In this document: in pieces, positions 1 through 9,218 of the stretch
How the letters are laid out: each line of letters begins with the position of its first letter
Numbering within the stretch: position 1 is the first letter of the stretch
Assembly (NCBI GenBank): GCA_905235585.1
Contig: CAJOME010000001.1
Coordinates: forward strand, 1-49,930
Length of the DNA: 49,930 nucleotides
From: an uncultured Lachnospiraceae bacterium
Lineage (GTDB): Bacteria > Bacillota > Clostridia > Lachnospirales > Lachnospiraceae
Direction: 5' to 3'
Notes under the pieces: model-generated
Told to the model about the DNA's origin: nothing
The model's database searches: none
What the model saw: only the letters and a program-made list of their open reading frames with translations
Made by a program: the position numbers and the translations under genes

Positions 1-2
1 GT

Positions 3-275
3 CTGGTCAACGGATGCGACTGCTCGGGCTTCGTATGGGCTGTCTACAACCATTTCGGATACAGTCTGCCCAGACAGTCCGGAGCTCAGGGGGCGAGCGG
101 CAAGGCTGTGGACGGTATGGAGAATGCCCAGCCCGGCGATATCTTTTATTATGTCGGACATGTAGGCATCTATATAGGAAACGGCTATATAGTCCATGCA
201 TCCACACCCGCTACGGGCATCAAGATCACACCCGCCACATACAGATCCATTTCATCTATCAGACGGATAGTGTAA
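3..275 (+). CDS. NlpC/P60 (C40) cell-wall peptidase, C-terminal part (5'-truncated by window edge)
   Basis: Frame from nt 3 (not in the ORF track) reads LVNGCDCSGFVWAVYNHFGYSLPR...QPGDIFYYVGHVGIYIGNGYIVHAS...; DCSG catalytic Cys and HVGIY/HAS motifs; TAA at 273-275. Confidence 0.9.
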   Translation: MVNGCDCSGFVWAVYNHFGYSLPRQSGAQGASGKAVDGMENAQPGDIFYYVGHVGIYIGNGYIVHASTPATGIKITPATYRSISSIRRIV

Positions 276-304
276 ACAGTTTTATAAAGAAAAGGAGAAC
301 TATC

Positions 305-1687
305 ATGAGCAAAGAAATCCCCTACAAAGTGTATCTGTCGGAAAATGAGATACCGGAGAGCTGGTACAACGTAAGAGCGGATATGAAGACAAAGCCGGCG
401 CCCCTTATCAATCCCGGCACTCACGAGGCAATGGGCGTAAAGGATCTGGAGCCGGTATTCTGTACCGAGCTCTGTAAGCAGGAGCTCGATAATGACAGCA
501 GATATATAGAGATCCCCGAGGAGATCTGCCATTTTTATAAGATGTACAGACCTTCACCCCTTGTCAGGGCATACTGTCTGGAGAAGAAGCTTGATACACC
601 TGCACATATCTATTACAAATTCGAAGGCAACAACACCAGCGGATCGCACAAGCTGAACTCCGCGATAGCTCAGGCATACTATGCCAAAGAGCAGGGTCTG
701 AAAGGAGTAACGACCGAGACCGGAGCAGGTCAGTGGGGCACGGCACTCTCCATGTCCTGTGCGTACTTCGGTCTGGACTGTAAGGTATATATGGTCAAGG
801 TATCATATGAGCAGAAGCCTTTCAGACGTGAAGTGATGAGGACATACGGAGCATCCGTCACAGCCTCACCCTCCATGGATACCGAGGTGGGAAGAAAGAT
901 AAACGAAGAATTCCCGGGTACGGGCGGCTCACTCGGCTGCGCGATATCAGAAGCGGTAGATGTCGCCACACACAGCGAAGGTTACCGTTATGTACTCGGA
1001 TCCGTACTTAATCAGGTATTGCTCCACCAGTCCATCATAGGTCTTGAGACCAAGGCAGCACTTGATAAGATAGGAGAGAAAGCGGACATTATCATAGGAT
1101 GCGCAGGAGGCGGCTCCAACCTCGGAGGACTCATCGCACCCTTCATGGGAGAGAAGCTTAGGGGAGAGGCCGATTACAGGATAATAGCTGTAGAGCCCGC
1201 GAGCTGTCCGTCATTTACCAAGGGCAGGTTTACGTATGACTTCTGTGATACGGGTCATGTGACTCCGCTTGCAAAAATGTATACTCTGGGCTCGGAGTTC
1301 ATGCCTTCACCCATCCATGCCGGAGGACTTCGTTTCCATGGTATGAGTACCATCCTGTCGCAGCTTTATCACGACGGATACATGGAGGCAGCAACCGCCA
1401 GACAAACCGATTGCTTCGCGGCAGCAGAGGAGTTTGCGAGAGTGGAAGGCATACTTCCCGCACCTGAGTCAAGTCATGCCATAAAGGTCGCGGTAGACGA
1501 GGCATTAAAGTGCAGGGAGAGCGGAGAGTCAAAGAATATTGTATTCGGACTCACAGGTACCGGCTATTTTGATCTGGTCGCATATCAGCAGTTTAATGAC
1601 GGCAAGATGCAGGACTTTGAGCCGTCTGAAGAGGATCTGGAGTACGGCTTCAGCCATATACCGGACACCTCGGACGTGAAGTTCTGA
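305..1687 (+). CDS. trpB2: TrpB-like PLP-dependent enzyme (TrpB2, stand-alone tryptophan synthase beta type 2)
   Basis: SGSHKLN PLP-lysine motif, TETGAGQWG, GGGSN, PAPESSHA; ATG 305 follows AAGGAG RBS. Confidence 0.9.
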   Translation: MSKEIPYKVYLSENEIPESWYNVRADMKTKPAPLINPGTHEAMGVKDLEPVFCTELCKQELDNDSRYIEIPEEICHFYKMYRPSPLVRAYCLEKKLDTPAHIYYKFEGNNTSGSHKLNSAIAQAYYAKEQGLKGVTTETGAGQWGTALSMSCAYFGLDCKVYMVKVSYEQKPFRREVMRTYGASVTASPSMDTEVGRKINEEFPGTGGSLGCAISEAVDVATHSEGYRYVLGSVLNQVLLHQSIIGLETKAALDKIGEKADIIIGCAGGGSNLGGLIAPFMGEKLRGEADYRIIAVEPASCPSFTKGRFTYDFCDTGHVTPLAKMYTLGSEFMPSPIHAGGLRFHGMSTILSQLYHDGYMEAATARQTDCFAAAEEFARVEGILPAPESSHAIKVAVDEALKCRESGESKNIVFGLTGTGYFDLVAYQQFNDGKMQDFEPSEEDLEYGFSHIPDTSDVKF

Positions 1688-1701
1688 TCAGGGTTTAAAA
1701 A

Positions 1702-2430
1702 GTGTATAGGTTCAGATCACGCATTAGATATAGTGAATGCGACGAATCAGAGCATCTTACGCTGGTAGGTCTGCTCAATTACTTTCAGGACTGCTCTACT
1801 TTCCAGTCCGAGGATCTCGGAGTGGGTCTTGACGTACTGCATGACAAGGGGACATTCTGGGTAGTGAATTCCTGGCAGATAGATATTATGCGTCTTCCCA
1901 GGCTTTGCGAAGAGGTGGATATCTGTACGCGCCCATATGACTGCAGAGGCTTTTTCGGCAAGAGAAACTTTTACATGCTGGACACCGACGGAGAGTTCCT
2001 TGCCAAGGCAGATTCACTTTGGACATATATCTCCATGAAGGATTCCTCGCCGGTCCGTATAGAAGAGGATATCATAAAGACTTACGGAAATATGCCCAGG
2101 ATCGATATGGAGTATCTTGGCAGGAAGATAGCCTTTCCCAAGAAAGATGATGAAACAAAAAAGCTTGATGAGATCACGGTAAATGAGCATCTGCTGGACG
2201 CGAACCATCATGTAAATAACGGTAAATATGTGGAGCTGGCTGCAGGATTCATACCTGAAGATCTGCATGCGGACAGGATACGGGTGGAGTACCGCAAGCA
2301 GGCCTTTTTGGGAGATACTATAGTACCGTTTATCTTTAAGGAAGAAGATGCGGTAACGGTAAAGCTTGCCGATGCTGCAGGCGAGCCGTATTCCGTAGTG
2401 GCATTCAGTATGCGTGGAGGCAGTAAATGA
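1702..2430 (+). CDS. Acyl-ACP thioesterase (double hot-dog fold)
   Basis: IRYSECD...LLNYFQD N-terminal motif and DANHHVNNGKY catalytic motif. Confidence 0.85.
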   Translation: MYRFRSRIRYSECDESEHLTLVGLLNYFQDCSTFQSEDLGVGLDVLHDKGTFWVVNSWQIDIMRLPRLCEEVDICTRPYDCRGFFGKRNFYMLDTDGEFLAKADSLWTYISMKDSSPVRIEEDIIKTYGNMPRIDMEYLGRKIAFPKKDDETKKLDEITVNEHLLDANHHVNNGKYVELAAGFIPEDLHADRIRVEYRKQAFLGDTIVPFIFKEEDAVTVKLADAAGEPYSVVAFSMRGGSK

Positions 2431-3257
2431 TAGAAGCAGGCAGGACGGTTACGGCAGAGATAGACCGCATGACCCCTCAGGGCGCATATCTTACTGACGG
2501 AGAAAGAGATGTGCTGCTCCCGGCGAAGCAGATACCGGATGGCGCAAAGATCGGGGACAGGCTCAGGGTATTTATTTACAGAGACTCAAAGGATCGTATC
2601 ATCTCCACTACCAATCAGCCGCTTATTGAGCTCCATGAGGTAAAGAGACTGACCGTAAAGGAAATGACGGATATAGGTGCTTTTCTTGATATAGGATTAG
2701 AGCGCGATCTGCTCCTGCCTTTTCATGAGATGACCTATCGTCCGGGTGCCGGAGAAGAAGTACTGGTCGCCATGTATACGGACAAGTCCGGCAGGCTCTG
2801 CGCTACCGAAAAGATATATGATTATCTTAAGGCAGACTCCGTATATGAAAAGGATGATGAGGTGACCGGCACTCTCTATGAGATAAGCAGGAACTTCGGA
2901 GCATTTGTCGCGGTGGATGATATCTTCTCGGGGCTTATACCCGCACGGGAGTTCGGAGGAGAGGCAAAGCCGGGAGATAAGGTCACCTGCAGGGTGACAG
3001 GAGTACAGCCTGACGGCAGGCTCAATCTGTCATTAAGAAAAAAAGCCTATCTTCAGATGAATGATGATGCAGACAGGATATTAGAGATGATAAAGAAAAC
3101 CGGACGGCTTGACTTTACGGACAAGTCAGAGCCAGGGCTTATAAAGGACAGGACGGGTCTGTCAAAGGCAGCATTTAAGAGAGCGGTAGGACACCTGCTG
3201 AAGGCAGGAAGCATAATTATAAAGGAGGATGGTATATATGAAAGAGATCAGAACTGA
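2427..3257 (+). CDS. S1 RNA-binding domain protein (CvfB/YitL family)
   Basis: Repeated S1-like segments (GAYL, GAFLDIG, GAFVAV) and C-terminal winged helix [14 protein letters not shown]. Confidence 0.85.
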   Translation: MIEAGRTVTAEIDRMTPQGAYLTDGERDVLLPAKQIPDGAKIGDRLRVFIYRDSKDRIISTTNQPLIELHEVKRLTVKEMTDIGAFLDIGLERDLLLPFHEMTYRPGAGEEVLVAMYTDKSGRLCATEKIYDYLKADSVYEKDDEVTGTLYEISRNFGAFVAVDDIFSGLIPAREFGGEAKPGDKVTCRVTGVQPDGRLNLSLRKKAYLQMNDDADRILEMIKKTGRLDFTDKSEPGLIKDRTGLSKAAFKRAVGHLLKAGSIIIKEDGIYERDQN

Positions 3258-3612
3258 CAGGGCACCGGCGGCCATAGGTCCTTATTCACAGGCGATAGAT
3301 GCCGGAGACAGGATATTTACATCCGGTATCATACCGGTAATTCCGGCGACAGGTGAGATAAACGGCAGCGATGCCCCGACACAGGCAAGGCAGGCATTTG
3401 AGAACCTCAAAGCCCTGCTCGAGGATGCAGGTACGGATATATCAAAGGTCATCAAGACAACCGTATTTATCAAGGACATGAATGACTTTGCGAAGATAAA
3501 TGAAGTATATGCGGAGTTTTTCACGAAGCCCTATCCCGCAAGGAGCTGTGTGGAGGTAGCCAGACTGCCGAAGGATGTGCTCATTGAGATAGAGGCGATA
3601 GCGGAAAAGTAA
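3238..3612 (+). CDS. ridA: RidA/YjgF family enamine/imine deaminase
   Basis: [23 protein letters not shown]...IEIEAIA; AAGGAGG RBS before ATG 3238. Confidence 0.9.
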   Translation: MKEIRTDRAPAAIGPYSQAIDAGDRIFTSGIIPVIPATGEINGSDAPTQARQAFENLKALLEDAGTDISKVIKTTVFIKDMNDFAKINEVYAEFFTKPYPARSCVEVARLPKDVLIEIEAIAEK

Positions 3613-3632
3613 TAAAAGGGAGGTACGAGATC

Positions 3633-4652
3633 TTGGAAAAAAAATTTCATGTCATAGCGCTGGGTGAACTGCTGATAGATATGACAAATAACGGCAAGTC
3701 CGGACAGGGCAACTCATTATATGAGGCAAATCCCGGCGGAGCGCCCTGCAACGTACTCGCGATGCTGAAGAAACTCGGACATAGAGTAAGTTTCATCGGA
3801 AAGGTCGGTAATGATATCTTCGGACATGAGCTGGAGGGGGTATTAAAAGAAATCGGCATAGATACGGCGGGTCTTGTCATGGACAACGAGGTGCGGACTA
3901 CGCTTGCATTTGTCAAAACCTTTGAAGACGGAGACCGTGACTTCTCTTTTTATCGCAATCCCGGAGCGGATATGATGCTCAGAAAATCAGAAATAAATGA
4001 AGAGCTGCTTACATCTGCAAGGATATTTCATTTCGGGACTCTATCAATGACACATGCCGATGCGAGAGAAGCGACGGTATATGCGGTCAGCGAGGCAAAA
4101 AAGGCGGGAGCTCTGATATCCTTTGATCCCAATCTTAGAGAGCCGTTGTGGGACAGCCTGGACGAGGCAAAAGAACAGGTGCTCACCGGTCTCGGATACT
4201 GCGACATACTTAAGATATCCGATAATGAGATACAGTGGCTCAGCGGTAAAGAGGATTTTATCGAGGGCATAGAGTGGATATACGACAGATATGAGATACC
4301 GCTAATCACCTTATCCATGGGTAAGAGCGGCAGTATGGCTTTTTACAAAAAAGACCCGTCGGCAAAGGAATATATAAAGGTGGAAGCAGAACCCTTCCTG
4401 CAGAAGGATACTATAGAGACTACGGGAGCCGGAGATACCTTTGGCGGCTGTATCCTGCATTTTGTATTGGAAAAGGGACTGAATGATCTGAGCGAGACGG
4501 ATCTTAAAGAGATGCTCACCTTCGCAAACGGTGCCGCATCCATCATTACCACGAGACGCGGAGCACTCAGGGTCATGCCTGAGCCTGAAGAAATACGACA
4601 GTTGATAGCGAAATGTTACTGTTCAGACAGCTCTGCGCACTTGCTGCGCTGA
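3633..4652 (+). CDS. PfkB family carbohydrate kinase (fructokinase-like); last 12 aa come from an inserted repeat
   Basis: GGAPCNV, FDPNLR, ETTGAGDTF signature; TTG start after GGGAGG. Confidence 0.88.
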   Translation: MEKKFHVIALGELLIDMTNNGKSGQGNSLYEANPGGAPCNVLAMLKKLGHRVSFIGKVGNDIFGHELEGVLKEIGIDTAGLVMDNEVRTTLAFVKTFEDGDRDFSFYRNPGADMMLRKSEINEELLTSARIFHFGTLSMTHADAREATVYAVSEAKKAGALISFDPNLREPLWDSLDEAKEQVLTGLGYCDILKISDNEIQWLSGKEDFIEGIEWIYDRYEIPLITLSMGKSGSMAFYKKDPSAKEYIKVEAEPFLQKDTIETTGAGDTFGGCILHFVLEKGLNDLSETDLKEMLTFANGAASIITTRRGALRVMPEPEEIRQLIAKCYCSDSSAHLLR

Positions 4653-4760
4653 GCGTGAGAAAGATTACAGAAACCAATACAAGGATTTGCCCCATTGCCG
4701 AAGGCAATTTTATTGGGCAAATCCAGTTGCTGTGAGCACCTGTAAGGTGTGAACAGTAAC
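4615..4760 (+). mobile_element. MITE-like element, copy 1 (146 bp)
   Basis: TIR GTTACTGTTCA...TGAACAGTAAC; perfect 8-bp flanking duplication AGCGAAAT; near-identical copies at 14913 and 38643. Confidence 0.9.
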
Positions 4761-4779
4761 AGCGAAATGAGATCAGGAT

Positions 4780-4809
4780 TTGACATAAGGCGATAAATGT
4801 GTTTATAAT
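4780..4809 (+). promoter_or_regulatory. Sigma-A-type promoter
   Basis: TTGACA (4780-4785), 18-nt spacer, TATAAT (4804-4809). Confidence 0.7.
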
Positions 4810-4908
4810 GCCCCGACACTAAAAACAGAGTAAAAAGGAAAGATAGCACTTGCTGTGTATGCGATACGTCACCGCAGGCAGGTGCAGAAAGAAGAAGGAG
4901 GTTACATT

Positions 4909-5142
4909 ATGAAGATCGAAAACATCAAAGACATCGACAAATTCTTTAAGGTAGTGGATGAGTGCAAGGGCAAAGTAGAGCTTGTCACAGGCGAGGGTGA
5001 CAGACTCAACCTCAAGAGCAAGCTTTCACAGTATGTCTCAATGGCAAATATTTTTTCAGACGGTGAGATCAAGGAGCTTGAGCTTGTAGCATACGAGCCC
5101 GAGGATATCGACAAACTCGTCAACTACATGATTAATCAGTGA
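4909..5142 (+). CDS. Small conserved hypothetical protein (77 aa, HPr-like appearance)
   Basis: AAGGAGG RBS, own promoter and terminator; KGKVELVTGEGDRLNLKSKLS resembles the HPr-fold 'KS' segment but no HPr active-site His is present. Confidence 0.7.
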   Translation: MKIENIKDIDKFFKVVDECKGKVELVTGEGDRLNLKSKLSQYVSMANIFSDGEIKELELVAYEPEDIDKLVNYMINQ

Positions 5143-5151
5143 TTTAGTTCC

Positions 5152-5199
5152 AACGCAAAAGGCTTCCTGTGCTTGCACGGGGAAGCCTTTTTTGCGTTT
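5152..5199 (+). terminator. Rho-independent terminator
   Basis: AAAAGGCTTCC...GGAAGCCTTTTTT hairpin with U tract. Confidence 0.8.
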
Positions 5200-5204
5200 G
5201 GAAC

Positions 5205-5300
5205 CCTGTGAGATATGAGGAAGTAGCCCGATAGGGCGGATTCCGAATGTCTCACAGGATTGCGAGAGCTGCGATAGCAGCGTAGCAATCCGTAAATCAC
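5205..5300. repeat. Compound palindromic intergenic element
   Basis: CCTGTGAGA...TCTCACAGG outer stem with GCCC-GATA-GGGC inner hairpin, then GATTGC...GCAATC stem with GCTGC-GATA-GCAGC inside. Confidence 0.55.
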
Positions 5301-5315
5301 TGTAGTCAACATAGA

Positions 5316-5344
5316 TTGCAATAAAATACAGGCGAGCGTATAAT
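5316..5344 (+). promoter_or_regulatory. Sigma-A-type promoter
   Basis: TTGCAA-N17-TATAAT. Confidence 0.65.
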
Positions 5345-5381
5345 AAAATCCGATTATGGTTTTTTGGAGATTCGGGTAAGT

Positions 5382-6128
5382 ATGAAGGGTTTTTTTAATT
5401 ACGATAACAGGTTTTTCAGAGCACTGGACAAGCTCGGCAGCCTGTTCATCCTCAATATGCTTACACTCTTCTGCTCCATACCTGTCATCACCATAGGTGC
5501 GTCATTTACGGCTCTTTACTATGTGACTATGAAGATGGTAAAGGACGAAGAGACCTATGTGACTAAGGATTATTTCAGATCGTTCAGGCAGAACTTTAAG
5601 CAGGCGACCGTGATATGGCTGATCTTTCTGATCGTTGCAGCAGTACTGTTTTTGGATCACCGCATTGCCACTGCCAATATAGATACGCTGCCGGGGGCAA
5701 ATATCTTTATAGTGATAGTGATGGCCTGTTCATTTTTTTACGCGATGGCATTGGCGTATGTGTTTCCGGTGTTGGCGAAGTTTTACAATACCATAAGGCA
5801 GACTATAAAGAATGCTGCACTTATGAGCATTCGCCATTTTCCGATGACGATCGCGATCCTGTTTATAGATGTCATTTTTATAGTGATCTCCGTTGCCGGT
5901 CTTATCAGAAACGGACAGAGTCTGATCGCTCCATTATACGTGTGTCTTGGCTTTGCCGTTCCGGCATATACCAATTCGTATTTGTTTAACAGGATATTTG
6001 ATAACTACATACCGGTCGACGAGGGAGCGGAGACCGGTTCAGATGAGGAATATATCGCAAGGCTGCAGGATGATATTCAGACAGTAAAGGCAGGAAATGA
6101 AACAAAGGCAGGAGAAAATGAAGGTTAA
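5382..6128 (+). CDS. YesL/DUF624 family membrane protein
   Basis: LFCSIPVITIGASFTALYY...YFRSFRQNFKQAT pattern; multiple hydrophobic segments. Confidence 0.8.
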   Translation: MKGFFNYDNRFFRALDKLGSLFILNMLTLFCSIPVITIGASFTALYYVTMKMVKDEETYVTKDYFRSFRQNFKQATVIWLIFLIVAAVLFLDHRIATANIDTLPGANIFIVIVMACSFFYAMALAYVFPVLAKFYNTIRQTIKNAALMSIRHFPMTIAILFIDVIFIVISVAGLIRNGQSLIAPLYVCLGFAVPAYTNSYLFNRIFDNYIPVDEGAETGSDEEYIARLQDDIQTVKAGNETKAGENEG

Positions 6129-7653
6129 GAGGGAAAGTAACGTCAACATAATAGGTATCACTCAATGGGTGGTACCTACGGCCATACTTTTCATATATGT
6201 ACTTGTCACACTTTACAGCTTTTCGACAAATATGAAGAGCAATGCTCTTTATTCAGTAAGACAAAAGGTATCCGAGTACAATGATAATATAGTGGTCGGA
6301 TTTGACGGCAAAGTAACCGCTTCCGTTGCGGTCGCCGATGCGGTAGCGGAAACCGTCACTCATGTTCTCGCATCCGGTACGGATCCGTCAGTTATAGCTA
6401 AGAACATTATCTCTCAGACAGCCGGTCCGGCATATGCGACCGAGGTAAAGCTTTTGGATGTAAGCGGAAAGGGCTATTCAAGTTCGGGTGTAAAGGCGGA
6501 GGCACAGGATAACGAGGCTATGAAGCGCTGTCTTTCTGAGGGACGGTATGTGACTGGTGAGCCGTTTACCAAGAGTGGCTCATGGTATATGAGTATCTAT
6601 ACCCCTGTTAAGGATGCTGCCGGAAAGTATACCTATGCGCTTGAGTACAGCTTTATCCTTGATGTCTTTTACGATATACCGACCAAAAGCAAATTTGACG
6701 GCAGAACCTGCTATGCACTGGTAAAGAGTGACGGGACAGTCGTCAGCACCTCGGGCAGGAATATCCTCACCAGAGGAGAGAATCTGCTGGATTCCGACAA
6801 TATAAGCATACCTATGGCAAACCTCGGAAGAGCAAAGAATAACCTTGCCAATCGGAATGCCGGCTATACCGACTGTAACATAGCCGGCGAAGACAGGCTG
6901 ATGGTATACGATCCCTCTTCATATGCAGGGCTTTCGGTGGCATCTGTCGTTACCCAAAGCTATATCTCTAATGAAATAAAGACTACATTCGGAGCCATGG
7001 AGAGTATCCTGGTAAGAGTCGTGGTCGCGATGATAGCCTTCTTCGTAGCTATACTTGCGATAAATCTGGCTAACAGAGCTGCAAACGCCAAACACAGTCA
7101 GACCCTTCAGGAGAAAGCAGAGACAGACCTGCTTACCGGTCTGTTGAACAAGATATCCACGGAGCAGAAGGTAACGGACTATCTTGCAGAGGCCGGGACA
7201 AGAGGGGAAACTGCGATCCTTTTCATGATAGATATAGACAATTTCAAGAAGGTCAATGATACGATGGGGCATGCATTTGGAGATGAGCTGCTGGCGGGTC
7301 TTGGAGTAGGACTGTCTACACTGTTCAGAGCTACCGATATAGTAGGTCGTATAGGCGGAGATGAGTTTATGGTGGTCATGAAGAATGTGCCCGTCGATGA
7401 GGATGCAAAAAAGAGAGAGGCCGACAAGCTGCTTAATTTCTTCAGAAGCTTTAAGGTCGGAGAATATGTGCAATACAAATGTACTGCGTCTATAGGAGGT
7501 GCTGTATTCAGCAAAGACGGGGCTGATTTTGAGGAGCTGTATAAATCTGCCGATTCTGCAGTATATGAGGCAAAGAGACACGGAAAGAACAGGGTCGCTT
7601 ACTATGGCGAGGAACTGGAGGGACCTGTGATCGATCTGGTAAGGCATGAGTAA
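6118..7653 (+). CDS. Membrane-bound diguanylate cyclase (extracellular Cache-like sensor + GGDEF)
   Basis: Two TM segments; DLLTGLLN, DIDNFKKVND, intact GGDEF with RxxD I-site (RATD) five residues upstream. Confidence 0.88.
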   Translation: MKVKRESNVNIIGITQWVVPTAILFIYVLVTLYSFSTNMKSNALYSVRQKVSEYNDNIVVGFDGKVTASVAVADAVAETVTHVLASGTDPSVIAKNIISQTAGPAYATEVKLLDVSGKGYSSSGVKAEAQDNEAMKRCLSEGRYVTGEPFTKSGSWYMSIYTPVKDAAGKYTYALEYSFILDVFYDIPTKSKFDGRTCYALVKSDGTVVSTSGRNILTRGENLLDSDNISIPMANLGRAKNNLANRNAGYTDCNIAGEDRLMVYDPSSYAGLSVASVVTQSYISNEIKTTFGAMESILVRVVVAMIAFFVAILAINLANRAANAKHSQTLQEKAETDLLTGLLNKISTEQKVTDYLAEAGTRGETAILFMIDIDNFKKVNDTMGHAFGDELLAGLGVGLSTLFRATDIVGRIGGDEFMVVMKNVPVDEDAKKREADKLLNFFRSFKVGEYVQYKCTASIGGAVFSKDGADFEELYKSADSAVYEAKRHGKNRVAYYGEELEGPVIDLVRHE

Positions 7654-7929
7654 GTTAAACAAAACCCCTTCGGATCAGTCCGTATTGAGCCGTAATCGTA
7701 CAGCAGGCGCGAAATATGCCCTTTGGCATATTTTGAATGGCGCTTATGTGCGCCATGCGCACATGGCATCGTTGTGATTCGACTGTGAAGTGTAACCAAA
7801 AATCACTTTATTTTTTGGTGAGTTGTTGCATTGGTTTGTTTTGAATAAGTTGTTATACTCTTATCGTTGAGTCTGCGGTGCAGATTCAACGATTTTCAAA
7901 TTTATCTGAACTATACAGGAGGATTATTT

Positions 7930-9045
7930 ATGGCCAGTCTTTCATTAAAGGACATTTGCAAGGTTTATCCCAACGGATTTGAAGCGGTTAAGCATTTCAA
8001 CCTTGAGATCCAGGACAAAGAATTCATCATTTTCGTAGGACCTTCAGGATGCGGTAAGTCCACTACGCTCCGTATGATCGCCGGATTGGAGGAGATATCA
8101 TCCGGAGAGCTCAAGATAGGAGACAGAGTTGTAAACGATGTAGAGCCCAAGGACAGGGATATTGCGATGGTATTCCAGAATTACGCTCTTTATCCTCATA
8201 TGACAGTATATGATAACATGGCATTCGGTCTGAAGCTCAGAAAGATACCGAAGGATGAGATAGACAAAATGGTCAAAGAGGCTGCAAAGATCCTCGACCT
8301 GACGGCACTTCTCGACAGAAAGCCCAAGGCTCTCTCCGGCGGACAGAGGCAGAGAGTCGCAATGGGACGTGCTATCGTCCGTAACCCCAAGGTATTCCTT
8401 ATGGACGAGCCTCTTTCGAACCTCGATGCAAAGCTCCGTGTACAGATGAGGACAGAGATCGCAAAGCTTCATCAGAAGCTCGGCACTACGATCATTTACG
8501 TTACACACGATCAGACAGAGGCTATGACGCTCGGGGATCGTATCGTAGTCATGAAAGACGGTATCGTACAGCAGGTAGATACACCGCAGAATCTCTATGA
8601 GAAGCCTACCAATCTCTTTGTAGCAGGATTCATGGGCTCGCCTCAGATGAACTTCCTTGATGCTACCGTTAAGAAGAACGGTGACGATGTCGTACTTGAG
8701 TGCGCTGGACACGCTATCCCGCTTCCTCCCTCAAAGGCTAAGAAGGTCATAGAGGGTGGATACGAAGGTAAGGCCGTCACATTCGGTATCAGACCCGAGG
8801 ATGTATATGATTCCGAGATGACGGTAAATACATTCCCTTCAGGTGCTGTATTTGAAGCAAAGATCAATGTATACGAGCTTCTCGGTGCAGAGGTGTTCCT
8901 GTATTTCGATCTCGCAGAGTTCCCGATGACAGCAAGAGTTGATCCCCGTACTACAGCTCGTCCGGGCGATACAGTCAAGTTTGCCATTGATACCGAAAAG
9001 ATCCATGTATTCGATAAAGAGACTACAAATACGATAACAAACTGA
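7930..9045 (+). CDS. Sugar ABC transporter ATP-binding protein (MsmX/UgpC/MalK family)
   Basis: GPSGCGKST, LSGGQRQR, DEPLSNLD, C-terminal TOBE region; GGAGG RBS. Confidence 0.92.
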   Translation: MASLSLKDICKVYPNGFEAVKHFNLEIQDKEFIIFVGPSGCGKSTTLRMIAGLEEISSGELKIGDRVVNDVEPKDRDIAMVFQNYALYPHMTVYDNMAFGLKLRKIPKDEIDKMVKEAAKILDLTALLDRKPKALSGGQRQRVAMGRAIVRNPKVFLMDEPLSNLDAKLRVQMRTEIAKLHQKLGTTIIYVTHDQTEAMTLGDRIVVMKDGIVQQVDTPQNLYEKPTNLFVAGFMGSPQMNFLDATVKKNGDDVVLECAGHAIPLPPSKAKKVIEGGYEGKAVTFGIRPEDVYDSEMTVNTFPSGAVFEAKINVYELLGAEVFLYFDLAEFPMTARVDPRTTARPGDTVKFAIDTEKIHVFDKETTNTITN

Positions 9046-9072
9046 TATACAGTTACAGACTTAAAGACGAAC

Positions 9073-9120
9073 GGGGCTGTCGCATTAGATGATTAAGTCA
9101 TCTGGGCGATAGCCCTTTTT
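9073..9120 (+). terminator. Rho-independent terminator
   Basis: GGGCTGTCGC...GCGATAGCCC-TTTTT long hairpin. Confidence 0.8.
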
Positions 9121-9173
9121 GATGCCTAAAAACAGGTGCTTGACGAAAAGACGGGGAGATGATAATGTATCTA

Positions 9174-9200
9174 TTAGCACTCCATTGCGACGAGTGCTAA
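9174..9200 (+). promoter_or_regulatory. CIRCE element (HrcA operator) upstream of lon
   Basis: Exact TTAGCACTC-N9-GAGTGCTAA, downstream of TTGACG (9140) / GATAAT and just upstream of the AAGGAGG RBS. Confidence 0.95.
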
Positions 9201-9218
9201 CAAAAGGAGGGGTAAAGG

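Noticed and set aside
14-304. 97-aa N-terminal extension of the TrpB2 ORF in the ORF track
   Set aside because: It overlaps the NlpC/P60 gene in another frame; a good RBS precedes ATG 305.
4616-4849. Small ORFs across MITE copies (4616-4849, 14832-15017, 14938-15498, 38615-38872, 44668-45045) sharing peptide motifs
   Set aside because: The shared peptides are translations of the repeat; starts and stops differ between copies and no consistent RBS is present.
7785-7800. Possible cre (CcpA) site upstream of the sugar ABC ATPase
   Set aside because: Too many mismatches to TGWAANCGNTNWCA, including the central CG.
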